The notes below the pieces were generated by a model. That model did no database searches. It had not been told where the DNA came from and saw only the letters and a program-made list of their open reading frames with translations. From an uncultured virus (IMG/VR IMGVR_UViG_3300020048_000111) (lineage: Duplodnaviria > Heunggongvirae > Uroviricota > Caudoviricetes), in IMG/VR virus record IMGVR_UViG_3300020048_000111: a stretch of DNA of 64,000 nucleotides. One strand, 5' to 3'. The translations under genes were made by a program, and so were the position numbers. Within the stretch, counting starts at the first letter, position 1, and every line of letters starts with the position of its first letter. This document shows positions 9,480 to 19,145 of the stretch, one piece after another.

Positions 9480-12074
9480 ATGAGCATAATTAGGTATACC
9501 AAGGACTCTACCATTAGATACGCATATTTGAATGTGTTCCCTGATCAGTTTAAAACTGAGAAAGAAAAACAAGATGAGGGGTGGATAAAAAACACTATGG
9601 ACTATTTTGCAAACAGGGCTTATGCTGAGTATGTAAAGAATAGGGAAAGTTTTGTTAGAAATTATGATTTGGTGAAGGGTATCATCACTCCACAAGACTT
9701 TTATCAAGAACCTGAGGTGAAAAGTTTTACAGAGATATTAAAGGAGGACATGGCACTTCCTTCGTATGTAAAACATTATTCCATCATTACAACACCAATT
9801 AATGAATTGATTGGGGAGATTAGTAAAAGGCCGGATACTTATAGGCTAAAAGCATTTGATGATGATAGCAGGGCTGAAGAGCTTCAATATAAAACAGAAC
9901 TTCTTCAGCAGTATGTTATCAATCAAGCTAAACAGAAAATATTAGAAAAAGCAGAAGCTGAAGGACAGGAATTATCAGAAGAGGATGCACAGCAAATGAC
10001 AATGGAAGAAGTGAAAGACCAATTGGATAGCTACACATCTGTTGCTGAAAAATGGGGGAATCATGTTCTTACATGCCAGAAAGCTGAATTCAATCTAAAG
10101 GAAAAGAGTGAAGATACATTCAGAGACCTTTTAATATCAGACCATGAATTCTATCACATCTATGAAGACAATTCTAAATTGGGATTTGACATAGAAGTGG
10201 CTAATCCAAAGAATGTATGGAGGCTTACTACCCCTGACAGGAAATACACATCTGATCCTACAGGAAGAGCTAAGGGGGCTTATGCTGCAGGAACAGTGCA
10301 AGTGATGGAACTTTCAGAAATTATTGAAAGTATTCCTGATTTAACAAAGGATGAGATTGATCATCTTCGTTCTTCCTTACAGGATTATGGACTTATAAAT
10401 GTAAGAGAAAGTAATCTTGGTAATCCTAATGCTGCTGATGGACAGGATTCTATTCAATATGATACTTATGACCCTTTTGTCCTTCAGACAAGAATGATGA
10501 TAGAAGGGGAAATGAAAGAGAATACAGATGGGTTGCAGGATTTTCTTGGGCTCACATCTAATGTTTCTGCCTTTGGATATAAGTATGTTGTTGTAAGGGG
10601 GTATTGGATAAGTAAAAAGAAAATAGGTAAACTCACATGGGAAGATGAATTTGGAAATGTGCAAACCTCTCTTGTGGATGAAAATTATGTTTCCGGCACT
10701 ATTCCTACACAAATTTCATTAGAATGGGGATGGATAAATCAATGGATGCAGGGAACTAAAATTGGCCCTGACATTTATCATGTTAAACCTTTCAAACTCC
10801 TTAACTATTGTCCAATCATAGGCACTACACACGAAATAAAGAATACAGAGGCACGTTCCTTAGTTGACCTTATGAAACCCTTCCAAGTGCTCTATAACAT
10901 CTGTATGAATCAATTATATAGGTTGCTTGAAAAGGAAATTGGTAATGTAGCTTCTATTAATATACGAAGAGTGCCAAAACTTAAAGATGGAGATGATCAG
11001 GATGCATTGGATGTATGGGAAATGGAAGCAAGAGAAAGAGGTATTGTATTTGATGATGATAGTCCGGAAAATACAAAAGCACCTGTTTCCAATCAATCTG
11101 TAGCTAAAAATCTTGATTTAACAAGAACCAATGAAATTCAAAGCAGGTATAACCTTGCTGTACAATTAAAGAATGAGTGTTGGGAACTTGTAGGAATGTC
11201 AAAACAAAGACTTGGCTCTGTAACAGCTTCTGAAACAGCAACAGCAACAAATGCAGCCATAGCACAAAGTTATTCACAAACAGAACCTCTCTTTGTAGCA
11301 CATGAATATATAATGGGGCAACTATATCAAGCGATTGTTGATGCAGCACTTTATGTAGAAAGCAATAAACCTGTAAGCACCCTCTCCTATATTACATCTG
11401 AAGGAGAATCAGCCTTTGTACAAGTAAATGGAAGTGATCTTAAACTACGTGAATTAAAGGTGTTCCCAACAAACAGACCTGAAGATACACAAATGTTTAA
11501 TGAATTGCGCCAACTCTCACAAGCTATTCTTCAGAATGGAGGTAGTATATATGATGTTGTTGAATTGTATTCTACAAAGAGTCAAAGGGAAATGAAGAAA
11601 ACTTTCAAGAACCTTCGTGATCAGCAATTAGCAATACAGCAAAGGACATTTGAACAGAAGGATGCTGAATTGAAACAAAAACAGGAAGCTATTGCTGCAC
11701 AATTGCAACAGGCACAAGCTGAGAAAGAAGCTGAAATGGCTAATGAGAATTACAACAATGAATTGGATAGAATTAATAAAAAGGAGATAGCTATTATACA
11801 GGCTACAGGATTTGGGAATGTTGCTTCTGAAGATGTAAATAAAAATGCTATTCCTGATGTTCTTGAAATGAGTAGATTTGCCGGAGAGAGAAGTGATGCT
11901 GCAAAAGATTATCAGGTGAAATTAGCAGACATACAAACTAAGAATGCTCAGGCTATGGCTAAATTACAGGTGGAAAGAGAGAAACTTCAGGTTGATAGGG
12001 ATAACCAAAAAAATGACCTTGCTATTGCTAAGGAGAACTCTAAAGGAAGAGCAAAGAAGCAAACTAAAAAGTAG
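9480..12074 (+). CDS. portal protein (crAss-like)
   Basis: 864 aa after terL; NYDLVKG, KHYSIIT.PIN.LIGE, SLVDLMKPFQ.LYN and coiled-coil C-terminus. Confidence 0.9.
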   Translation: MSIIRYTKDSTIRYAYLNVFPDQFKTEKEKQDEGWIKNTMDYFANRAYAEYVKNRESFVRNYDLVKGIITPQDFYQEPEVKSFTEILKEDMALPSYVKHYSIITTPINELIGEISKRPDTYRLKAFDDDSRAEELQYKTELLQQYVINQAKQKILEKAEAEGQELSEEDAQQMTMEEVKDQLDSYTSVAEKWGNHVLTCQKAEFNLKEKSEDTFRDLLISDHEFYHIYEDNSKLGFDIEVANPKNVWRLTTPDRKYTSDPTGRAKGAYAAGTVQVMELSEIIESIPDLTKDEIDHLRSSLQDYGLINVRESNLGNPNAADGQDSIQYDTYDPFVLQTRMMIEGEMKENTDGLQDFLGLTSNVSAFGYKYVVVRGYWISKKKIGKLTWEDEFGNVQTSLVDENYVSGTIPTQISLEWGWINQWMQGTKIGPDIYHVKPFKLLNYCPIIGTTHEIKNTEARSLVDLMKPFQVLYNICMNQLYRLLEKEIGNVASINIRRVPKLKDGDDQDALDVWEMEARERGIVFDDDSPENTKAPVSNQSVAKNLDLTRTNEIQSRYNLAVQLKNECWELVGMSKQRLGSVTASETATATNAAIAQSYSQTEPLFVAHEYIMGQLYQAIVDAALYVESNKPVSTLSYITSEGESAFVQVNGSDLKLRELKVFPTNRPEDTQMFNELRQLSQAILQNGGSIYDVVELYSTKSQREMKKTFKNLRDQQLAIQQRTFEQKDAELKQKQEAIAAQLQQAQAEKEAEMANENYNNELDRINKKEIAIIQATGFGNVASEDVNKNAIPDVLEMSRFAGERSDAAKDYQVKLADIQTKNAQAMAKLQVEREKLQVDRDNQKNDLAIAKENSKGRAKKQTKK

Positions 12075-12191
12075 TGAAATATGTGAATGCTATATTAACT
12101 AAAAAAACCATATTAAAACTAACTTAATTGATTATTTGCAACGAAAACTGTTATACATTTACTTTACAAACCAAGAAAATAAAACTACATT

Positions 12192-13415
12192 ATGGCTGAT
12201 GAATTTGATAAACCTAACTTTGGTATAGAGAATACAATGGAACTAGGAACAGGTAATACAGAACTTATTGATAATTTTTTAGGCTCTGAAACTGTTACAG
12301 AAAGTCCTGATAATCTTGAACCAATTGTTAAAGCAGTAGCACCTGCAGAACTTCCTAAAAAGCCTGAAGTGGCTAAAGGAAAAGAAATAGTGCAGGTTGA
12401 TGAAGGAAATGAACCTTCTCCTCAGGATATCATTAAGAATTTTCTTGGTGATGGAGAAACAGAGGATGAAATTACTCCTCCTGATGAGAAACCTGAATCT
12501 ATTAACGAAGATACTCCTACAGAGGAAAATGCTTCACCATTTCCAACACTTGCAAAAGAACTCTTTAAATTAGGAGTGTTTACAAAAGAAGAAGGAGAAG
12601 AGGAAATTGAAATAGGTACAGGGCAAGAATTTCTTGAGAGGTTTAAAGCAGAAAAACAAAAAGGGGCTATTGAAGTGGTAAATAACTTTATAGGTCAGTT
12701 TGGTGAGGATTATCAAAATGCATTTGATGCCATATTTGTAAAAGGTGTAAATCCAAAGGAATATTTTGGTGTATACAACAACATAGTAGAATTTGCAAGT
12801 CTTGATATTACAGGAGAGAGTAATGAAGCTAATCAGATAGCTGTAGTGAAACAAGGATTGTTAGATCAGGGATTTGAACCTGATGATATAACAACAGAAA
12901 TTGAAAGGCTTAAAAATTATGGAGACTTAGAAGCTGTAGCAACTAAACACCATAAAGTACTTGTCAAAAAAGAAACTTTAAAATTGCAGCAGATTGAACA
13001 GCAAGCTGAAGTGGAACTAAGACAAAAAACTGCTTACAAGAATCAATATATACAGAATGTAAACACCATTCTACAGGAAAAACTAAAAGCTAAGGAATTT
13101 GATGGTATACCTGTCAGTCCTAAGCTGGTAAACGAACTACAAGACTTTCTGCTGATAGATAAGTGGAAAACAGCAAATGGTGAAACATTGACAGATTTTG
13201 ATCGTGCAATTCTTGATATGAAGAAACCGGAGAACCATGCTATTAAAGTGAAATTGGCACTGCTTCTTAAAATAATGGAAAAAGACCCTACCTTATCTAC
13301 CATTCAGCGAACAGGCATCAGCAAAAAATCTGATGAACTATTTGCTGATTTAGCAAGGCAGACAAGTAAGACCAAAACAAGCAGTAATGCAAAAACAACA
13401 AATTCATGGTTTTAA
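12192..13415 (+). CDS. acidic scaffold-like protein preceding the major capsid protein
   Basis: Acidic, low-complexity N-terminus and helical C-terminus; lies between portal and MCP. Confidence 0.65.
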   Translation: MADEFDKPNFGIENTMELGTGNTELIDNFLGSETVTESPDNLEPIVKAVAPAELPKKPEVAKGKEIVQVDEGNEPSPQDIIKNFLGDGETEDEITPPDEKPESINEDTPTEENASPFPTLAKELFKLGVFTKEEGEEEIEIGTGQEFLERFKAEKQKGAIEVVNNFIGQFGEDYQNAFDAIFVKGVNPKEYFGVYNNIVEFASLDITGESNEANQIAVVKQGLLDQGFEPDDITTEIERLKNYGDLEAVATKHHKVLVKKETLKLQQIEQQAEVELRQKTAYKNQYIQNVNTILQEKLKAKEFDGIPVSPKLVNELQDFLLIDKWKTANGETLTDFDRAILDMKKPENHAIKVKLALLLKIMEKDPTLSTIQRTGISKKSDELFADLARQTSKTKTSSNAKTTNSWF

Positions 13416-13442
13416 TAATAATAATAATTAACAGACACTAAA

Positions 13443-14996
13443 ATGGCTATTCAAACAATTCCCGGTCTCACTGGATTTACCTACGCAAGGGTATCCTCTA
13501 TGGATAAACGTGCTGTAGGAAAACTCACAGATTCAAATCACTTGGAATCATTTCACTCAACAGAACCTGCAGATTATGACAAAAAAATCATAAGCCTGTA
13601 TACACAGAGTTCATTGTATAGTAATGACTTCCTTGACATGATCAACAAAAGCACACCTTATTATATTAATAATAATAGTGATGCTTGGAAATGGGATGTA
13701 AATGTCCCTTACAAATTCCCTAAAATCATTGACATTCCTGTTTCAACTCAAGAGTTGGAAAAACCAGGTATTGATGGACAGGAATTTCAGGTAGTAATTG
13801 ATACTAACGAATTCTCAAAGAACTCTATCATTTCTGTAGGTACTCGTCAGTATGGCCCACGTTGGTATGTAATAAAAGACCCTCTTCCTTGGAATGCAGG
13901 ATATCTGTATACATTTACACTTGTTACTGACAATCCTATTGTTGACTATGTAACCAGCACCTTCCTTCAAGTTGGAATTGAACTTGAACTTATTGATGCT
14001 TCCATTGGTGAGTTTGATCAGGAACTTTTAGGGCTTCCTCGTTTAGGTGAGAAAATCACTATGTTTGAAAGTCTTGGTTCAGCTTATGGTTTTGAACATA
14101 CTATTACCAAATGGGCAGATGAGAAAACTCTTAGGGATGCTTCAGGCAAACCTCTTGATATTCTTGTATATGCTCCTCAGCGCAGGAATCAACTTGCTCT
14201 CACACGTAATGATGTTAAATGGGAACCATTTATTGAATTCTGGATGCGTAAAGCAATGCTTGAGCTGAAAGTTAAACGTATGATATGGGCAAAACCTGGC
14301 ACTGTTAAAAGTGGAGGCAGCAAACAAGAACTAAAACGTACTTCTGCAGGTGTATATCATCGTATGCGTAATAATGGAAACCTTGTACAATACAATCGTG
14401 GAGAGTTCTCAGCTAACCTCATACGTTCAGTATTTGGAGACCTCTATTACAGGCGTGTTGATGTAAAAGACCGTCATGTAAAAATGTACACTAATGAAGC
14501 AGGGTTTGATGTTTTCCAACAGGCTTTGAAGAATGATGCTCTTAACAGTGGATTGACATTCATGGCAGATAGTGGAAATCGCTACTTGCAGGGTGAAGGT
14601 CAGCACATCACTTATAACTTTGCATTTGATGCAATGGTAACAAGGGAAACAGGTAGGGTTGAACTTATCCATCTGAAGGAACTTGATCTCCCACAAACTA
14701 ATCTTGAGTTTGGTCAGAACAAGAAATCTACTCCTGTATTCTTTGTATTTGATGTTTCTCCAATGAGTGATGGGTCAATGGTTAACAACATGCGTGAAGT
14801 ACGTATGGAAGGAGCTCCTTCAATGACTTGGGGATATGTTGATGGTCGTGCTCACCACTTAGGCTTTGCAAAGAGTCAGGGCATGAGTTCAGCTAATAAA
14901 TTCCCTGGCTACACCATTTGGATGGAAGACAGGTGTGACATCTTCATTGAAGACTTATCACGTACAGTGTTAATAGAGGAAATTCCTCAGTTCTAA
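13443..14996 (+). CDS. major capsid protein (crAss-like)
   Basis: 517 aa, syntenic position, biased codon use (CGT for Arg), LTDSNHL start and ...DLSRTVLIEE end. Confidence 0.88.
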   Translation: MAIQTIPGLTGFTYARVSSMDKRAVGKLTDSNHLESFHSTEPADYDKKIISLYTQSSLYSNDFLDMINKSTPYYINNNSDAWKWDVNVPYKFPKIIDIPVSTQELEKPGIDGQEFQVVIDTNEFSKNSIISVGTRQYGPRWYVIKDPLPWNAGYLYTFTLVTDNPIVDYVTSTFLQVGIELELIDASIGEFDQELLGLPRLGEKITMFESLGSAYGFEHTITKWADEKTLRDASGKPLDILVYAPQRRNQLALTRNDVKWEPFIEFWMRKAMLELKVKRMIWAKPGTVKSGGSKQELKRTSAGVYHRMRNNGNLVQYNRGEFSANLIRSVFGDLYYRRVDVKDRHVKMYTNEAGFDVFQQALKNDALNSGLTFMADSGNRYLQGEGQHITYNFAFDAMVTRETGRVELIHLKELDLPQTNLEFGQNKKSTPVFFVFDVSPMSDGSMVNNMREVRMEGAPSMTWGYVDGRAHHLGFAKSQGMSSANKFPGYTIWMEDRCDIFIEDLSRTVLIEEIPQF

Positions 14997-15031
14997 AGCA
15001 CATCCCTAAGGATAGTATCCTTAGACAAACA

Positions 15032-15070
15032 TAAAGAAAGTTCCCTCTACATAATGAGGGGCTTTCTTTA
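15032..15070 (+). terminator. hairpin or terminator after the MCP gene
   Basis: TAAAGAAAG-TT-CCCTC...GAGGG-G-CTTTCTTTA inverted repeat. Confidence 0.6.
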
Positions 15071-15074
15071 ACAT

Positions 15075-15146
15075 TGCGAATTGGAGAAGTAGTATCTCAT
15101 TGGACTCATAATCCAAAGGTCACAGGTGCAAATCCTGTATTCGCTA
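15075..15146 (+). tRNA. tRNA-Met(CAT), initiator-like; CCA not encoded
   Basis: Cloverleaf: acceptor TGCGAAT/ATTCGCT-A, D stem GAGA/TCTC, anticodon arm TTGGA-CTCATAA-TCCAA, T arm ACAGG-TGCAAAT-CCTGT. Confidence 0.9.
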
Positions 15147-15196
15147 CTAAAATTTAAAACCAAACAAAGGGTAACTCCTTTATAATCAACTACATC

Positions 15197-16165
15197 ATGG
15201 GCAAAATTGGAAAGATTTCTACAATCAAAAGAGAACGTAATACCTCAGGTATTCAAACAATGGAATCAGGGTTGTTACAAAAAGGACTAACAAGAATTCC
15301 TGGGACAGGAGTATTCAAATATCCTTATAAAGAAATGGATGGTAAATACAGGACAGGTTTAGACCCTGATGCTGCTTACATCAAAAGGATAAGTGATCCC
15401 ACTGAACAGAAACTTGAAAAAGAAAGAGTAACAGAATTAAAGAAAGACCTTACATCAGCATTAGGTGATGTTGACTTAGGCCCTCGTTCACATTTTTGGA
15501 ACTATGGATTGTCTACCTCTACTAATGATTTATTACACGTACAACCTTATAAATTGTTAGATGGGGATAATTTCTTTGATTTAAGTAATCCAATGTATGC
15601 TTTAGCTTTTGCATGGTTAAGAGTACATCCTACTATTGCAAGTAGTTATCAGGCATGGGAGAGAGGTGAATATCCTGCAGATATACAATTTTATGTAGCA
15701 GATGATGAGATTGAGAATGCAATTATCTTCAAGAAAAAACAACTCATTAATAAGGCTATCACAAAATTTGATAGCATGACTCCTACAAAGAAACGTAAAA
15801 TAGCAAGGCTTCTTGGACTTCCGGTATCAGAGGATACAAAAGAAGAGGTAGTATACAACTTAGTAGATAACATTCTAAAACAGACTGAATTCAAATCAGG
15901 TAAATTTCAGGGACTTTCAACCATTGAAGTGTTTAACAGATTTGCAGACATGAAGGAAAATTTGCTCAGTGTAAAAGATTTAGTAAAACAAGCTGTTGCA
16001 CATTCCATCTACAGGATTAAACCTAATGGAAAAGTTTATGAAGGTGAATTTGAAATAGCAGCAGATGAAGAGGATTTGGTTAAAGACTTAATGAATGAAG
16101 ATAACCAAGATCAACTTCTTACATTAGAAGGAAAGTTAAAAGTTAAGAAAATAGCAGCCGTATGA
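15197..16165 (+). CDS. conserved crAss-like protein downstream of MCP
   Basis: 322-aa ORF in conserved synteny. Confidence 0.7.
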   Translation: MGKIGKISTIKRERNTSGIQTMESGLLQKGLTRIPGTGVFKYPYKEMDGKYRTGLDPDAAYIKRISDPTEQKLEKERVTELKKDLTSALGDVDLGPRSHFWNYGLSTSTNDLLHVQPYKLLDGDNFFDLSNPMYALAFAWLRVHPTIASSYQAWERGEYPADIQFYVADDEIENAIIFKKKQLINKAITKFDSMTPTKKRKIARLLGLPVSEDTKEEVVYNLVDNILKQTEFKSGKFQGLSTIEVFNRFADMKENLLSVKDLVKQAVAHSIYRIKPNGKVYEGEFEIAADEEDLVKDLMNEDNQDQLLTLEGKLKVKKIAAV

Positions 16166-16887
16166 TAGAAGTAGATAGTTTATTGTATAAGATAGATCAA
16201 AAACTAAATAAGCTATCAACAAGTGATCATCAGGGTATTCAATTAGAGGATAAAATTCTTGCCCTTAATGAAGCACAACTAAAACTGATAAAACAAAAAG
16301 TTGATGGTATATCAATTGTAAGTGGTCAGGGGCTTGATGCTTTTAAAAAGAGGTATGAAGATTTACAATCTCTTATAGAAGACTATCATTCTTTACCTTT
16401 AGTTGACAAGAATAATAAACTAAATCAATGGGGATGTGATATTTCTACACTCAACCCTGCCTATATGTTCTATATTGATAGTTATATATTGGCAGATAAA
16501 GGAAGGTGTAAAGATAGAATAATATGGATAAATCAGGATTTGGCAAAACATGGGGATGTTTCTATGCTGCTAAAGAATGATCATTACAAACCCTCCTTTG
16601 AATATCAGGAAACATTCAATGTTATATCATCTGATGAAATAAGTATATTTACAGATGGTACATTCACACCAACTAAACTCTTTCTATCATGGATGAGATA
16701 TCCTCTGTATATTGATAAAGCAGGATATGTCAAATTTGATGGAACACTCTCCTCAGATGTAAACTGTGAACTTGAATACTATCTAGAGGATGAACTATTA
16801 GACTTAACAGTACAAGCACTTGCTATGTATACAGAGAATTCTTCTGCAGTGCAGAGTGCCCAATTCAGAATACAAACTAACGAATAA
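16162..16887 (+). CDS. head-tail connector or ring protein
   Basis: LNEAQ near the N-terminus; Y/MRYP...CEL...L.DE.LDL.V C-terminus typical of crAss ring proteins. Confidence 0.7.
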   Translation: MIEVDSLLYKIDQKLNKLSTSDHQGIQLEDKILALNEAQLKLIKQKVDGISIVSGQGLDAFKKRYEDLQSLIEDYHSLPLVDKNNKLNQWGCDISTLNPAYMFYIDSYILADKGRCKDRIIWINQDLAKHGDVSMLLKNDHYKPSFEYQETFNVISSDEISIFTDGTFTPTKLFLSWMRYPLYIDKAGYVKFDGTLSSDVNCELEYYLEDELLDLTVQALAMYTENSSAVQSAQFRIQTNE

Positions 16888-16915
16888 TTACTAACAACAC
16901 CTAAAACACAAAAAA

Positions 16916-18073
16916 ATGGCAGATTTTTCATTGACTACAGTTTTTGTTGCTCCAGTGGGACAAACAGCTTTACCCACGACTGGAAGTACACAAGACCTTA
17001 CAGTTGGTCAGATTGGGATTTTTGACAACACCTATGCTGTTGACAACACTCCTGGCGACAAGCCTTATTTCTACATTGCTCAGGGTAGAGATAATACCTA
17101 TTTACAGGGTAGTAAACGCTCTGACAAAATTAAAGGATGTGCATCAGCAAATTGTACTTCCAATGTAACTGAATGGTATAAAGTAACTGGATGTCCTACA
17201 CCTGTTAATCAGATCACTGATACTGATGAGTGGAATGTAAAATGTGGAGATATTGTTACTCTTACTATTCGTGCTCATTCAAGCTATATTGACAGCCTTT
17301 ATTTTAATGGCCTTACACGTTCAGTAACAGTACAAGCACCTTGTTGTGATTGTGATGGAGACCCATGTGTAAATGTTGATGTTGATGACCTAATTGATGC
17401 ATTTATAGCTAAACTTAGTGAACATGCTCCTGGCATTAATCCGGATAACATTTTTCTCACTACCTTCTTTGATTTTGAAAGAGTTGGTTCAGGTGTAAAT
17501 GCTATCCTCCGTATCACAGGAAAAGCTCTTACATCATATGGACAACCTTGTGATGTTGCTGCTTTCCCACATGAATATGACAGGATGTGGTTTAGGGTAT
17601 TTGTTTATTCAGGCCCTGCTACCACTGCTGATTTCATTGTAAATGATTCATGTAATATTGTAGCAGAATCAACAATAGTTCAAACATCGAACTATGCAAC
17701 AGGAACTTATGCTGAAATTCTACAGCTTGAGAAAAACTATTACAGCTATCAGGCTGGTTATTTGAAACACCTCTTCCGTATGGCAGGGTATAATGGCAAT
17801 TTTGAAAGCTATGCCACTGCAGGAACAACTTATGACACCTTTTATATCAAGTTTAACAATATTGATAAATCGGCTGATAATTGGGGAGATCATGTTCCTA
17901 TGGATAGTATGGTGATTATTGCTGTCTTATCAGGAGGAGCTCTTTCAACTGCTCTTGAAGCTGCTCTTGAAAATGGACTTGGTTCTGTAACAGCAGATAA
18001 TGTTTGCATTACCACTACTACTACTACCACCGCTACTCCAACCACTACTACCACTACAACTGCTGCAGGTTAA
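16916..18073 (+). CDS. virion structural protein (probable auxiliary capsid protein) with C-terminal poly-Thr tail
   Basis: 385 aa, Cys cluster APCCDCDGDPC, ends CITTTTTTTATPTTTTTTTAAG; followed by a terminator. Confidence 0.65.
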   Translation: MADFSLTTVFVAPVGQTALPTTGSTQDLTVGQIGIFDNTYAVDNTPGDKPYFYIAQGRDNTYLQGSKRSDKIKGCASANCTSNVTEWYKVTGCPTPVNQITDTDEWNVKCGDIVTLTIRAHSSYIDSLYFNGLTRSVTVQAPCCDCDGDPCVNVDVDDLIDAFIAKLSEHAPGINPDNIFLTTFFDFERVGSGVNAILRITGKALTSYGQPCDVAAFPHEYDRMWFRVFVYSGPATTADFIVNDSCNIVAESTIVQTSNYATGTYAEILQLEKNYYSYQAGYLKHLFRMAGYNGNFESYATAGTTYDTFYIKFNNIDKSADNWGDHVPMDSMVIIAVLSGGALSTALEAALENGLGSVTADNVCITTTTTTTATPTTTTTTTAAG

Positions 18074-18099
18074 TCAATTACACACACACTTGTAAACAT

Positions 18100-18143
18100 G
18101 AGCTAGAGGAAAGAGGATTTATTCCAATCCTCTAGCTCTTTTT
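18100..18143 (+). terminator. intrinsic terminator
   Basis: GAGCTAGAGGA...TCCTCTAGCTC followed by TTTTT. Confidence 0.75.
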
Positions 18144-18156
18144 ATTTAAAACCATT

Positions 18157-18717
18157 ATGGCAAATATTCTTGATATAGTAGTAATTCCTACTTACAGTGT
18201 TAACACATTGGCTATTGCTGATGCTTCTACATATGACACTGACCCTCCTACAGTGGGAACTCCTGAAATAGAGATTACTCCTCCTGGATTTCCTTTAGTT
18301 ACTCTTGACTTTGTTGTAGAGACAACCAACATTTTTAATTCAACAGATTTAGGAATAACTGTTCTTGGAAGTGAATCTGTACTTCCTGATGGAATATATT
18401 GCTTTACATACAAAACTGATGATGGGAATTCTGTAGAAAAATCAATTATGAGAATTGATAAAATTCAACAGAAATTTGATCAGGCTTTCATGCAATTAGA
18501 CATGATGGAATGTGATGGGGCTATAAAAACCCAATCAAAAGTAGAATTAAATGCAATATGGTTTATGATACAAGGTTCTCTGGCTGCTGCCAATAATTGT
18601 GCAAATATTCATTCTGCTACATTATACAATCAGGCAGACAGGATGTTGGACAGTTTCATTAATACCAATTGTGGATGTTCCGGTACTAATTACACAATTA
18701 ATTTTACATACAATTAA
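18157..18717 (+). CDS. virion structural protein (tail hub-like)
   Basis: LPDGIY motif, helical C-terminus ending NCGC; synteny. Confidence 0.6.
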   Translation: MANILDIVVIPTYSVNTLAIADASTYDTDPPTVGTPEIEITPPGFPLVTLDFVVETTNIFNSTDLGITVLGSESVLPDGIYCFTYKTDDGNSVEKSIMRIDKIQQKFDQAFMQLDMMECDGAIKTQSKVELNAIWFMIQGSLAAANNCANIHSATLYNQADRMLDSFINTNCGCSGTNYTINFTYN

Positions 18718-18729
18718 AACCAAAAAACA

Positions 18730-18870
18730 ATGGCTGTTTGTAGTGCTTGCAAGAAAGACGTGGGGTGTGGCTGTAATCTAAAAGGTGGACTATGTGCAAC
18801 ATGTAGACCAAAAACACCTCCTCCTCCCCCCAAACCAATAGAAGATGTTAATCATCCAAAGACTTATTAA
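18730..18870 (+). CDS. 46-aa Cys-rich microprotein MAVCSACKKDVGCGCNLKGGLCATCRPKTPPPPPKPIEDVNHPKTY
   Basis: Hand-translated; fills the gap 18717-18873; AAAACCAAAAAACA leader; not in the ORF track. Confidence 0.7.
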   Translation: MAVCSACKKDVGCGCNLKGGLCATCRPKTPPPPPKPIEDVNHPKTY

Positions 18871-18872
18871 TA

Positions 18873-19145
18873 ATGCTGACACCAAAACTTAAAGGAGCTT
18901 GTTCAGAATGTTCTGACATTCCTATTCTTATAGATACAATAGATTGTAGGTTAGCAAATCTGGCAGGTGATTTATACAATAATTTAGTATTCATGCTAAA
19001 TAAACCTATTCCTGCAGGAGCAATTATTGATTTGCTTACATACAGGAGAATATTACAATACAAACAAATAAATCCTGAATATGCAGGATGCTATACAATA
19101 GAAATGATTGGAAGTAAGATAAACATTTTAAAATTTAAGAAATGA
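18873..19145 (+). CDS. small structural or hypothetical protein
   Basis: 90 aa with CxxC; overlaps the next gene. Confidence 0.65.
   Translation: MLTPKLKGACSECSDIPILIDTIDCRLANLAGDLYNNLVFMLNKPIPAGAIIDLLTYRRILQYKQINPEYAGCYTIEMIGSKINILKFKK

Noticed and set aside
6856..14996. Introns or inteins in terL, portal or MCP
   Set aside because: The ORFs are continuous and of expected size, with no intein-like C...HN motifs noticed
18599..18781. 60-aa plus-strand ORF in the track
   Set aside because: It overlaps 18157..18717 out of frame; the ORF at 18730..18870 fits the gap better
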